This document shows positions 49,573 through 59,192 of a stretch of DNA of 64,000 nt, piece by piece (position 1 is the stretch's first letter; the number at the start of each line of letters is the position of its first letter). A model generated the notes under the pieces. It was not told where the DNA came from. It made no database searches and saw nothing but the letters and a program-made list of their open reading frames with translations. Location: the NCBI GenBank assembly GCA_019058365.1, contig JAHPZE010000004.1, forward strand, positions 64,001-128,000. The letters are read 5' to 3'. This DNA is from Promethearchaeota archaeon (lineage in GTDB: Archaea; Asgardarchaeota; Lokiarchaeia; Sigyniarchaeales; SOKP01). A program made the position numbers and the translations under genes.

Positions 49573-50547
49573 ATGCCTGAAAGTGGAACAATATTATATG
49601 ATTTAAACAAGGTTTTTATTCCTTGTCGAACAGTGTTAGAAATGGAAGCCCTAACTTCTCTTTTTCTAGAATATTATAATTATGATGAAATCAAGGAATT
49701 ACCACAAAGTCAACCATCAAGTGAAAAATTAATAGAAAAATTTCACGTGATAGATTGCGAACCCCTTGAACATATCATTGAATATTTTATCGAAGTCATC
49801 GTAAGTAAACTAAAACCAATTGTTATGTATGCCAGAGAACATCACGATAGATTTAGGATGGGAAATGTGGAGGCATATACAAAGACAAGATTATGTTTAT
49901 TTTTAGCCTTACATCGATTAAAGGTGAAGTTCTTAGTTATTAAGAATTTTATGGATAAATTTAAAGAGAAAAATTTCAACTTAGATGCCTCTGAAGACCA
50001 AAAGTACTTAGGAGCACATACATTTCTTTCTGCTTTTTATGAGTATTATTATGAGAAGAATAAAATGAATCTTAAACTAATGCTATCTTCAAAGAGGATG
50101 TCAGAGAGAGTAAGTGAATTAATGGATACTTCTAAAACTATAACAAATGAAGATATTATCAACGCAATTACTTTTAAAAAGTTCCTCGACGATAAGAATA
50201 GGATCAAATTTATTATGAAAGAGATAAAAGCCTCTTTATTTGTTTGTAGAATAATGTTTGCACAAATGGATGTGTATAATCCCTTTACGATAGCAGGGGA
50301 AGCAATGATTGATGCAGAGGAGATGATGATTAGCCAAGATTTCATTCCAGAATTAATTCCAGCAATCTCACAATGGTATGCTGAAAAACATATGTCGCAA
50401 CTGGAAGATTGTTTTAGAGCCTATGAATTTATGATGCATAGAGTCTTAGAGGGTATAAATTATGCTGTTAAAATAGCTTCGGGAGGACAAATTGACCTTG
50501 AATTAGATAGTGCTATCTATAACACTGGAAATATCTTTGAGCTATAA
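49573..50547 (+). CDS. Hypothetical, probably alpha-helical protein divergent from actin
   Basis: 324-aa ORF with no recognised motif. Confidence 0.7.
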   Translation: MPESGTILYDLNKVFIPCRTVLEMEALTSLFLEYYNYDEIKELPQSQPSSEKLIEKFHVIDCEPLEHIIEYFIEVIVSKLKPIVMYAREHHDRFRMGNVEAYTKTRLCLFLALHRLKVKFLVIKNFMDKFKEKNFNLDASEDQKYLGAHTFLSAFYEYYYEKNKMNLKLMLSSKRMSERVSELMDTSKTITNEDIINAITFKKFLDDKNRIKFIMKEIKASLFVCRIMFAQMDVYNPFTIAGEAMIDAEEMMISQDFIPELIPAISQWYAEKHMSQLEDCFRAYEFMMHRVLEGINYAVKIASGGQIDLELDSAIYNTGNIFEL

Positions 50548-50839
50548 TTTTAAATATCGAACTTAAAAATTGGACTCGAAATATCATATATAACTGAGAC
50601 TTTATTTTTAATTCAATAAAAAAAGGATTAAGAATATTTGTTAACATGAAGACTGAAACATTAGAAATGAAGCGTGAAGTTTGGGAATATTTCAGACAAT
50701 ATAGGCAAGCACCTATAAAAAAACGATATTTAGAAAAACAAAATGCCCTTGATATGAATCTGGTAACAAAGCAATATAAAAAAAGTGATATTTAAAAAAA
50801 AAACGCTTTAATCCAAGTACAACTGAAAATTTTAGAGTT

Positions 50840-51949
50840 CTATTTATTCTTTAAGGTATGTTCTGCCCTTTCAATTTTCTTATTACTCCATTCCTTTACT
50901 TTAGCCAACATTTCCATTTTATTATTTGGTCTATTTAATTCAATTGGTTCTTTTATGTATCCTTTATTTAAGGCATTATTATAAACTTTTTCACCAATTT
51001 TTGTCCTAATTATTGCAGTTGTTAATTTTTCTGGTGAACCAAGACCACCAAAAGAAATATCCGCATAAATATTGGAAAAATCAGGACATGCATAACAAGC
51101 CGGTCGTCCAATGTCGTGTAAATCTGAAAATGGAATGTTCAAATTAGTCCCATTTTTAAAGTATAATATAAGCTCTTCTCGCACGTTCATACTTTCAACA
51201 TCTTCAAATGAAAAATTGAATTTTTTTTCTAGGTTTTTCCTATCTTCATCATTGAATGAGAAGTTCAGATAACAAAACAGACCAAATGTGTACTTAACAA
51301 TATGTGCGGGTAGAATACTTAATTCTTGCATTTTTCTAATTGAATTAATTTGACATGGAGTACCGACAACAGCTACATTTAATAAATCAGAACTCCTGAC
51401 TTTTTTCAACGCTATATTAGAAGCTATGAAGGTATTATATTTTTCTAGTCCCACTACTTGGCTAGAAAAGTCAAAATGAGAACCAGCAGCTTCAATTAAA
51501 TCTTCTTTATTTGTTGCTAAAAATGAAGTGCGATTAAAAGGGCCTTTCCTTTTACAGACAATTGCTCCATCAATTAATTTATTTTCTAATAAATAATTTA
51601 AAATTGCTGTAACCACACCACCATCAGTTGCTCTTTTTCTAATTTCTTCAGAGGAAGCATGACAAGAAGCTATTTTTAGCTGATTTCCTATAGGAGCATC
51701 ATAACTAAATTTTTTATTTAATTGATCATTAAGTACATGAGTTTGAGGACATATAAAATAACAAATACCACACTTAAGGCATTTGTCTTTGTTTATGTAT
51801 TTGGGGGGTCCTGATTCTGACATTTCAATAGCTTTAATTTCACCAGCTGAACAAAAACTAACACACCCACCACATTCTCCACATAATCCTTTTTCATGAA
51901 CTTCTATTATCAAATCCTCAAATGTTTTTGAGACTTTACTAGTAGCCAA
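50840..51949 (-). CDS. Coenzyme F420 hydrogenase/dehydrogenase beta subunit (FrhB/FdhB family) with ferredoxin N-domain
   Basis: C..CG.C...C twice, DGGVVT, AAGS, VGTPCQ, GLFC, C.AC.D. Confidence 0.9.
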   Translation of the reverse strand: MATSKVSKTFEDLIIEVHEKGLCGECGGCVSFCSAGEIKAIEMSESGPPKYINKDKCLKCGICYFICPQTHVLNDQLNKKFSYDAPIGNQLKIASCHASSEEIRKRATDGGVVTAILNYLLENKLIDGAIVCKRKGPFNRTSFLATNKEDLIEAAGSHFDFSSQVVGLEKYNTFIASNIALKKVRSSDLLNVAVVGTPCQINSIRKMQELSILPAHIVKYTFGLFCYLNFSFNDEDRKNLEKKFNFSFEDVESMNVREELILYFKNGTNLNIPFSDLHDIGRPACYACPDFSNIYADISFGGLGSPEKLTTAIIRTKIGEKVYNNALNKGYIKEPIELNRPNNKMEMLAKVKEWSNKKIERAEHTLKNK

Positions 51950-51997
51950 TTTTTTTTCACCTATTATTGGTTAATTTTAAAAATTTATATTTTTTAT

Positions 51998-52837
51998 TTA
52001 ATATTCATTTGGCATTTTTTTAAGTTCAGCAAGAGAAAAGACGGGACCATCAGCGCACACAAATTTATTTCCTATATTACATCTTCCACATTTCCCAATT
52101 CCGCACTTCATTCGCATTTCTAAACTATTTAGGATTTGTTCATCTTTCCAATTTAATTCTTCCATAACTGCGATCGATGTTTTAATCATTATTGGTGGTC
52201 CACAGATAACAGCGACAGCGTTATCAGAACTTGGAGCAACTTTTTTAACTATGGGTGCAACAAATCCTACATCTTCAGTCCATCCTTCTGCTTCACGATC
52301 AATAGTTAAAACTACCTTAATATCATCTCGTTTCTTCCATTCATCTAAAATATCTCGATACAATACTTCTCCAGGATCACGATTTCCATAAATTACTGTT
52401 ATATCACCATAATCTTTTCGATTTTTTTCATCTAGTAAATAAATTACTAGTGATCTTAGAGTTGAGAATGCAAATCCTCCTCCAATGACCACAATATTCT
52501 TGCCTTTCATATCTTCGACTGGCCAACCATTTCCACAAGGACCTCTCACACCTATCGTATCTCCAATTTCACAATTATGAAAACTACTAGTTACGGTTCC
52601 CATCTTTTTAATTGTAAATTTGATAGTACCTTCTTCTGTGGGTGATGAAGCGATCCCTATTGGACATTCTCCTTTCCCTATTAAACTAATTTCGGCAAAT
52701 TGTCCTGGTATATAGTTAAATTTCTCGTAATCTTCTTCCTTTTTAAATTCTAATTCGATAGTTTTAATATCATTTACTTTATTTTCAGAAACTATCGATT
52801 TAACTTTAGTAAGATACGGAATATAAGGATTAGGCAA
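51998..52837 (-). CDS. FAD/NAD(P)-binding oxidoreductase subunit (FlxA/AsrB-like)
   Basis: PGQF, RGP.GNG, GGG, CGPPIM, MKCGIGKCGRC. Confidence 0.9.
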   Translation of the reverse strand: MPNPYIPYLTKVKSIVSENKVNDIKTIELEFKKEEDYEKFNYIPGQFAEISLIGKGECPIGIASSPTEEGTIKFTIKKMGTVTSSFHNCEIGDTIGVRGPCGNGWPVEDMKGKNIVVIGGGFAFSTLRSLVIYLLDEKNRKDYGDITVIYGNRDPGEVLYRDILDEWKKRDDIKVVLTIDREAEGWTEDVGFVAPIVKKVAPSSDNAVAVICGPPIMIKTSIAVMEELNWKDEQILNSLEMRMKCGIGKCGRCNIGNKFVCADGPVFSLAELKKMPNEY

Positions 52838-53891
52838 CTATTTTCTCATCCTCCTTTTTTTCTATATTTATTATTTTATTTAATATTACTCGAAGGTCAT
52901 TATTAGCAGGACATACAATAACGCATCTACCACAACCAACACATCCCAATAAATCATAATTTGTGGGATAATAACTGAATTTATGCATAATTCGATTTCG
53001 ACACCGTTGGATTTTTGTATCTCTAGGATTATGACCACTTGTTTCCATTGTATAAAGACACGATTGGCAGGTATCCCATATTCTAATTCTTCTACCACGA
53101 TTATTATATTGATCAGTTTCATCAATCACATCAAAACACGTACAAGTTGGGCATAAATAGGCACAAGAACCACATCCTATACATGCTTCACTAATTTCAT
53201 CCCATACAGGATCTTCAAAACACGTTGATAAATTCTCAACAACTTTATCAACATCGATTTTTGTAGTAATTAATTCTTCTGCTTTTTTGGCCAATTCCTC
53301 AGCTTTTTTCAGATCATTTTTGGTCGCAGCAGAAAGCCATGACAACTTCTGAATTACAGCTTTCCCTTTATCGCTGATTCCTTCAACTAAATAAGTCTCT
53401 CCTAAATCAGTTAGAAATACGTCCATATTCTCTTTATTGAAAGGATTTCCACCAACAGATGTACAAAAACAAGTTGTTCTTGGAGTGTTACAGCCGATTC
53501 CGATAATTAAAGCATTTTCTTTTTTTTTTAGATAGATTTCATCTTCCACGTTTCCATGAAATGAAAAGAATTTTGCCATTAATTCAAAACTATACGCATC
53601 GCATGGACGGATGCCAAATATTAAGATTTTTTGATCTAGATCTTGTCTATCAGTAATTTCAACATTCTTCTCATCTAAAGTGTATTCAAATAACACTTCT
53701 TCTTGAGGAAATAAAACTGATTTCGGTGGAATTTTAGAATTCAAATAATCTAAAACTATATCTTCTGGCTTTTCAATTTTTTCGAAAACGATATTTCCCT
53801 TCTTGTTAATAGGAGCATAAAAATCATACTCTCCTACAACTTCATTATATAATTTTCCAATTTGATCCTTTTTTAATATTTTCTGATCCAT
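52830..53891 (-). CDS. 4Fe-4S dicluster protein (FlxB/AsrA-like)
   Basis: GIRPCD, CFC, CIGCGSC...CPTC.CF, R.R.WD.C, GCVGCGRC. Confidence 0.88.
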   Translation of the reverse strand: MDQKILKKDQIGKLYNEVVGEYDFYAPINKKGNIVFEKIEKPEDIVLDYLNSKIPPKSVLFPQEEVLFEYTLDEKNVEITDRQDLDQKILIFGIRPCDAYSFELMAKFFSFHGNVEDEIYLKKKENALIIGIGCNTPRTTCFCTSVGGNPFNKENMDVFLTDLGETYLVEGISDKGKAVIQKLSWLSAATKNDLKKAEELAKKAEELITTKIDVDKVVENLSTCFEDPVWDEISEACIGCGSCAYLCPTCTCFDVIDETDQYNNRGRRIRIWDTCQSCLYTMETSGHNPRDTKIQRCRNRIMHKFSYYPTNYDLLGCVGCGRCVIVCPANNDLRVILNKIINIEKKEDEKIVA

Positions 53892-53907
53892 TTTTTAACT
53901 CACCTTT

Positions 53908-54918
53908 TCAATCTTCCTCCAACATAAATTCCTCTTCATCCTCCATTTCAAAATCCATCATTGGGGGAAGAGTCTCTGCATTCAGGCCTGAAGTGTAATC
54001 AAATCTTTCTTTCGTAATTTTTTCTAATTTTCTTGTGATAAAATTCAGATCTATACCAACGGGACATACTGATGAGCATGCCCCGCACGCTACACATCTA
54101 CCTGCCAAATGTTGTGCTCTAATTAAGTGAAATGTAAATATGTCTTGGTACTCAGTTGTTTTACCAAACCATATAGGCATATTTTGATCAACAAAACAAA
54201 GATTACAATAGCACACAGGACATGCTTGACGACAACTGTAACAAAGAGTGCATACTTGCAAAATATCTTTAATATAATCCCATTTTTCCCTAGCAGATTT
54301 AGCTTCAAATTCAGCGATATCTGAAAATTCGTCATGTATGGATTCAAGTTCTTTACATTCACCTATACAATTAGCCTCAGTAGCAGAAGGAGATTTTACT
54401 TGACACACCTTACATAGTTCATTAATGTATTGATCATAGGGAAATTTTTTCTCCCAGTCTATCCCTTTTACGATAATATCATCTCCAGATATAGAAACAT
54501 CTAGAATCTCCTTTTCTCCAATTTCCATATCGATTTTACTTCTGTTTACAATTCCGTTGCAATTAAACCCTATCATCTTTATATTATCCAGATCTACTTG
54601 TTTCTCTACAGCTAAAAGATTTATTGCCCGACCAACACAACCTTTAGCAACAATTCCGATTCTCAAAGACTTTCCTTCTGAATCACAAAGTTGTGGCATT
54701 AAAGGGGCTAAATATCTAGCTAAATTCATATAACATAAGTTATTCCAAATTAATTTATCTACATCTTCTTCTTTTCTGATAATAATTGGTATAGAACTTA
54801 AGGGTATAGTACCTTGAGAATAACCAATTACTACATCAACTTGATTTTCGCTAAGCAACTTTTTAGCATTTTCTCTTATTGAACTTGTAATTTCCTTATT
54901 ATCTGTTTCGATTCCCAT
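53908..54918 (-). CDS. 4Fe-4S protein (FlxC/FdhB-like)
   Basis: CTLCYSCRQACPVCYC..CF, HLAGRCVACGAC..VCP; likely start MGIETD at 54918. Confidence 0.85.
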   Translation of the reverse strand: MGIETDNKEITSSIRENAKKLLSENQVDVVIGYSQGTIPLSSIPIIIRKEEDVDKLIWNNLCYMNLARYLAPLMPQLCDSEGKSLRIGIVAKGCVGRAINLLAVEKQVDLDNIKMIGFNCNGIVNRSKIDMEIGEKEILDVSISGDDIIVKGIDWEKKFPYDQYINELCKVCQVKSPSATEANCIGECKELESIHDEFSDIAEFEAKSAREKWDYIKDILQVCTLCYSCRQACPVCYCNLCFVDQNMPIWFGKTTEYQDIFTFHLIRAQHLAGRCVACGACSSVCPVGIDLNFITRKLEKITKERFDYTSGLNAETLPPMMDFEMEDEEEFMLEED

Positions 54919-54920
54919 TC

Positions 54921-55373
54921 TTAACACCACTCCTTTTGAAATTTAGTATTTGGTCCTAATGCTTTAACAATTTTCGTCGCTTTCCTAACCAACACAGCAA
55001 AGCGTTCACCCTCCGCGGCAGAAGCCCACATAAATTGAACTCTCCCGGGTTCAATCCCAAAAAATTCTAAGAGTTCTTTTAATATTGCAAAACGCCTTCG
55101 AGCAACTAAATTACCGCTGATATAATGACAATCTCCCGGGTGGCAACCACTCACTAAAATTCCATCCCATCCATCAATCAGACTTTTTACTATGAAATAG
55201 GGATTGACGCGTCCGCTACACGGGACACGAACGATTCTTATGTTAGGCGGATACTGAATTCTACTCACGCCCGCTAGATCTGCGCCCGCGTAAGAACACC
55301 AATTACATAAAAACGCAATGATCTTTGGCTCCCAATCCTTCTCACTTTTCTTTTCCAAAACTGTTTCAGTCAT
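54921..55373 (-). CDS. mvhD: MvhD/FlxD [2Fe-2S] subunit
   Basis: FLCNWCSYAGADLAG, VPCSGR, GCHPGDCHY; likely start MTETV at 55373. Confidence 0.93.
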   Translation of the reverse strand: MTETVLEKKSEKDWEPKIIAFLCNWCSYAGADLAGVSRIQYPPNIRIVRVPCSGRVNPYFIVKSLIDGWDGILVSGCHPGDCHYISGNLVARRRFAILKELLEFFGIEPGRVQFMWASAAEGERFAVLVRKATKIVKALGPNTKFQKEWC

Positions 55374-55395
55374 TTTTTTTAACCTAAATTTTTTT

Positions 55396-58300
55396 TTAGC
55401 CAATGCGGCCAGTTATCATAGCATATATTTGTTCGGCTGTAAAGCCTAATATATCGATTGCACTACATCGACAATTCCCACTACAAGCTCCGCACCCTTT
55501 ACATAAAGCTTGATTAATTGATGCTACTAATCCAAATCTTCTATCTTCAATTAGCTCTATTGCATTGTACGCACAATTCTCTACACACATACCGCATCCT
55601 ATACAACGAGCCATATCAATTACTGCTGTTTTACCTTCTGCTTCAATTTCTTCTTTAGAAAGAATTGTACATGCTCTTGAAACAGCAGCATTAGCTTGTG
55701 AAATTGAGTCTTCAATAGTTTTCGGACAGTGAGCTAATCCCGCAACGAATATTCCTTCTGTAGCGAAGTCTACTGGACGAAGCTTAACATGGGCTTCTAA
55801 ATAAAAATTATCATCATTTAAAGGTACTTTTAGCATTTTAGCAAGTTCTTCATTTTCCTCGTAAGATGCAACAATTCCAGCACTTAATACTAATAAATCT
55901 GCGGGGATTGATAAGTTTCCCGCTTTTGTAGTTGTAACTTTTACATTTAATGAAGAATCCTCAGTAATAATTTCTGGAGGATTATTTTCATCATATCGAA
56001 GGAAAATGACACCTTCTTCTCTTGCTTTTCTATAATATATTTCTTTAAATCCATAAGTTCTAATATCTCGAAATAGAATAGTAACTTCAGTTGATGGATT
56101 TAATTTCTTGACGAGTAAGGCATTTTTTATAGCTTCTGCGCAACACATTTTACTACAATAAGGATGTTCATCGTTTCTTGAGCCAACACATTGAATCATA
56201 ACAACTGACTTTTTATTCTTAATAACGCTATCTGTGTTTAGCATCTCTTCAAACTCTGATTGTAAAATTACATTTTTATTTTGACCATAGAGAAATTCTT
56301 TTGGTTTATATTCATTAGCCCCTGTAGCTACAATAACAACTCCATGATCAAATTCTGCTCTTTCTTTTTTCGAACCATGCATAACTGAAGTTTTAAAGTT
56401 ACCTATATATCCATCTAAACTTTCTATTTCAGCATTAGTATAAACGTGAATAAATTTATTAGACTTAACTTGATCTATTAGATCTTTTAAATAAGCTTGA
56501 ACATCTCCTCCTTCAAGGGTATGATAAATATGTTTGGCAAAACCTCCTAATTCTGTTTCTTTTTCAACTAAGTGAGTTTCGATTTCTTGGTTTGCTAAAT
56601 TAAGAGCAGCAACCATACCACTTATTCCTCCACCAATTACCATTGCCTTTTTTGTTACTCCTAACTTTATTCTATCAATTGGAGCGATTCTTCTTGCCTT
56701 ATTCACAGCCATCCTCACAAGGTCTTTTGCCTTTTGAGTAGCCTCCTCAGGTTGTTTCATATGAACCCAACTACACTGATCGCGAATATTCGCCATTTGA
56801 AATAAATATCTATTCAACCCTGCTTCTCTAATTGTCTCTTGAAATAAGGGTTCATGAGTTCTAGGAGTGCATGATGCTACAATAACTCGATTAAGATGAA
56901 ATTCTTCTATTTTTTCTTTTATTATTCCTTGAGTATCAGCAGAACATGTATATAAGTTACGATCTGACATAACAACATTTGGGAGCGTTTTTGCATATCT
57001 AGTTACTTCTGGAACATCCACATATCCCCCTATATTAATTCCGCAGTGACAAATAAATACACCAATTCTAGGGGGTTGTCCTGCTACGAAAATTTCTGGA
57101 GGTAATGTTTTTTCTGTAATTAAGGTTCCTCTCTTTTCATATAATATTTGATGAACACATCCAGCTGCCGCACTTGCTTGAGTTACTGTCTCAGGGATAT
57201 CTTTTGGTTGAGAAAAAGCACCACATGCAAAGATACCGGTTCTTGAGGTTTGTACTGGATTAAAAACATCCGTTTTAGCAAATCCAAATTCGTTTAATTC
57301 AATACCAAATTTCTCAGCAAGATATTTTGCATCATTTGGTGGATTTAATCCGACACCAAGGACAACCATGTTATATTTTTCTTCAATCACTTTCCCATCC
57401 TCAGTTTCATAATGGAGTATTAAATCTCTTGTCTCAGGAACTTCGGTAACCGAAGAAATTCGGCTTCTAATATACCGGACACCGTATTCTCCTTGAGCCC
57501 TAATAATATATTTATCAAAATCTTTTCCATAAGCTCTTATATCCATACTGAAAATGGTAGGTTTTACTTCATGTTGATGCTCATGAGCAATCACAGCTTC
57601 TTTTGCTGTATACATGCAACACACAGAAGAACAATACGGTTGCCCCTCTCCCGTATAATCTCGAGATCCAATACATTGAAGGAAAGCAACTTTTTCTGGA
57701 ATATCGCCATTAGAAGGTCTGAGTACTCTTCCAGTATATGGTCCACTCGCGCTTAATATACGTTCAAACTCTATACTCGTGACTACATTTTTATATATTC
57801 CATAACCATATTTGTTTGCTTCTCGAGGGACAAATTCATCAAATCCAGGAGCCAGAACTATTGCCCCTACATTAATATCTACTTCTTCATCCTCTCGTTC
57901 ATATTCTACTGCTTTTGCTTTGCAAACCCCAGCACACACTCCACATCCAATGCACATATCTTTATTGATTGCATAAACGAGTGGAACAGCTTGAGGATAT
58001 TTTACAGAAGTAGCATGATATTTAGCTAATCCTTCATTAAATACATCAATTGCTTCTACTGGACAATTTCGACCACACACACCACATCCAGTACATATAT
58101 TTGGATTTATATATAAAGATTTTTTTTTTACTTTAACTGTGAAATTGCCTGCTTCTCCTGAAACATCTAAAATCTCACAATTAATACTTAAATCAATATT
58201 CTGATGTCTGCCGGTCTCGACTAGCTTAGGGCTGACTATACACATCGCACAGTCATTTGTGGGAAAAGTTTTATCCAATTGGGCCATTACGCCACCTATA

Positions 58301-58413
58301 CTTGTTGACGACTCAATCAAGTAAACTTTATAACCCGAATCACCTAAATCTAGCGCTGCTTGAGAACCTCCAATACCAGCGCCAACAACCATTACTGCTC
58401 CAACTTTTTCCAT
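55396..58413 (-). CDS. hdrA: Heterodisulfide reductase subunit A, large two-module form (1005 aa)
   Basis: GAGIGG, LDKTFPTNDC, QCIGSR...YCSSVCC, second module RIGVFICHCG, CTPRTHE, NIRDQCSWVH, terminal ferredoxin. Confidence 0.93.
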   Translation of the reverse strand: MEKVGAVMVVGAGIGGSQAALDLGDSGYKVYLIESSTSIGGVMAQLDKTFPTNDCAMCIVSPKLVETGRHQNIDLSINCEILDVSGEAGNFTVKVKKKSLYINPNICTGCGVCGRNCPVEAIDVFNEGLAKYHATSVKYPQAVPLVYAINKDMCIGCGVCAGVCKAKAVEYEREDEEVDINVGAIVLAPGFDEFVPREANKYGYGIYKNVVTSIEFERILSASGPYTGRVLRPSNGDIPEKVAFLQCIGSRDYTGEGQPYCSSVCCMYTAKEAVIAHEHQHEVKPTIFSMDIRAYGKDFDKYIIRAQGEYGVRYIRSRISSVTEVPETRDLILHYETEDGKVIEEKYNMVVLGVGLNPPNDAKYLAEKFGIELNEFGFAKTDVFNPVQTSRTGIFACGAFSQPKDIPETVTQASAAAGCVHQILYEKRGTLITEKTLPPEIFVAGQPPRIGVFICHCGINIGGYVDVPEVTRYAKTLPNVVMSDRNLYTCSADTQGIIKEKIEEFHLNRVIVASCTPRTHEPLFQETIREAGLNRYLFQMANIRDQCSWVHMKQPEEATQKAKDLVRMAVNKARRIAPIDRIKLGVTKKAMVIGGGISGMVAALNLANQEIETHLVEKETELGGFAKHIYHTLEGGDVQAYLKDLIDQVKSNKFIHVYTNAEIESLDGYIGNFKTSVMHGSKKERAEFDHGVVIVATGANEYKPKEFLYGQNKNVILQSEFEEMLNTDSVIKNKKSVVMIQCVGSRNDEHPYCSKMCCAEAIKNALLVKKLNPSTEVTILFRDIRTYGFKEIYYRKAREEGVIFLRYDENNPPEIITEDSSLNVKVTTTKAGNLSIPADLLVLSAGIVASYEENEELAKMLKVPLNDDNFYLEAHVKLRPVDFATEGIFVAGLAHCPKTIEDSISQANAAVSRACTILSKEEIEAEGKTAVIDMARCIGCGMCVENCAYNAIELIEDRRFGLVASINQALCKGCGACSGNCRCSAIDILGFTAEQIYAMITGRIG

Positions 58414-58426
58414 CTTTTTATCTCCT

Positions 58427-59188
58427 CTACAGTTTGTAAAATGTTGGTGTAATTCCTGATAATTCTCCGAAGTCGACTTGACCTCGACTTTTTAAAGTCA
58501 CTATATGTTCTAAAACTATACTTGGGTCTATCTTTAATTCTTTTGCTAAGTCTTTTACAGACATAGATTCTTTTTCTAATGAAACTAAAATTCTATGTCG
58601 ATTATATTCATCTCTTATTGCTGAATCAAAAATCTCATTAAATCTATCAAGTGATATAGTTTCTCCGTATACATTTTCTTGTTCTGTAATTTTTCGTTCT
58701 CTTCCAACAAGTGCTCTCATTCTATCACTTCCTGCAGCATCTTCAATAGCTTTTAATTTTTCAAGAATTTCATCATCTGGATTATCTCCACCCGCTGGAG
58801 ATGGACCAAGTGTCTTAATTTGATCTGTAAATTCTGTAATAACTTGAGCATATCTAGCACCTTCTGAAGCAGATACCCAATCCAATCTTATTCTATCCTC
58901 AAAACCAATCAGTGTTAGGAATCTTTTAACCATATCAAATTTCTTCTCTGCCTCGTAATTTCCTTCAAGATAATGACAGTCTCCTAAATGACACCCTAAA
59001 ACTATTACACCATCAGCTCCAACTCGGAGCGCTTCAAAAATAAATTTTGGGTCTATTCGACCACTACACATAACTCTTATAACTCGTATATTTGGGGGGT
59101 ATTGCATTCTGCTAACTCCCGCTAAATCTGCTCCCGCATAAGAACACCAATTACATAAAAATCCTAAAATTTTCGGTTCAAAACCCAT
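58427..59188 (-). CDS. mvhD: MvhD subunit with C-terminal HTH-like extension
   Basis: MGFEPKILGFLCNWCSYAGADLAG, GCHLGDCHY; tail MSVKDLAKELKID; GGAGGT before the ATG at 59188. Confidence 0.88.
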   Translation of the reverse strand: MGFEPKILGFLCNWCSYAGADLAGVSRMQYPPNIRVIRVMCSGRIDPKFIFEALRVGADGVIVLGCHLGDCHYLEGNYEAEKKFDMVKRFLTLIGFEDRIRLDWVSASEGARYAQVITEFTDQIKTLGPSPAGGDNPDDEILEKLKAIEDAAGSDRMRALVGRERKITEQENVYGETISLDRFNEIFDSAIRDEYNRHRILVSLEKESMSVKDLAKELKIDPSIVLEHIVTLKSRGQVDFGELSGITPTFYKL

Positions 59189-59192
59189 GATA

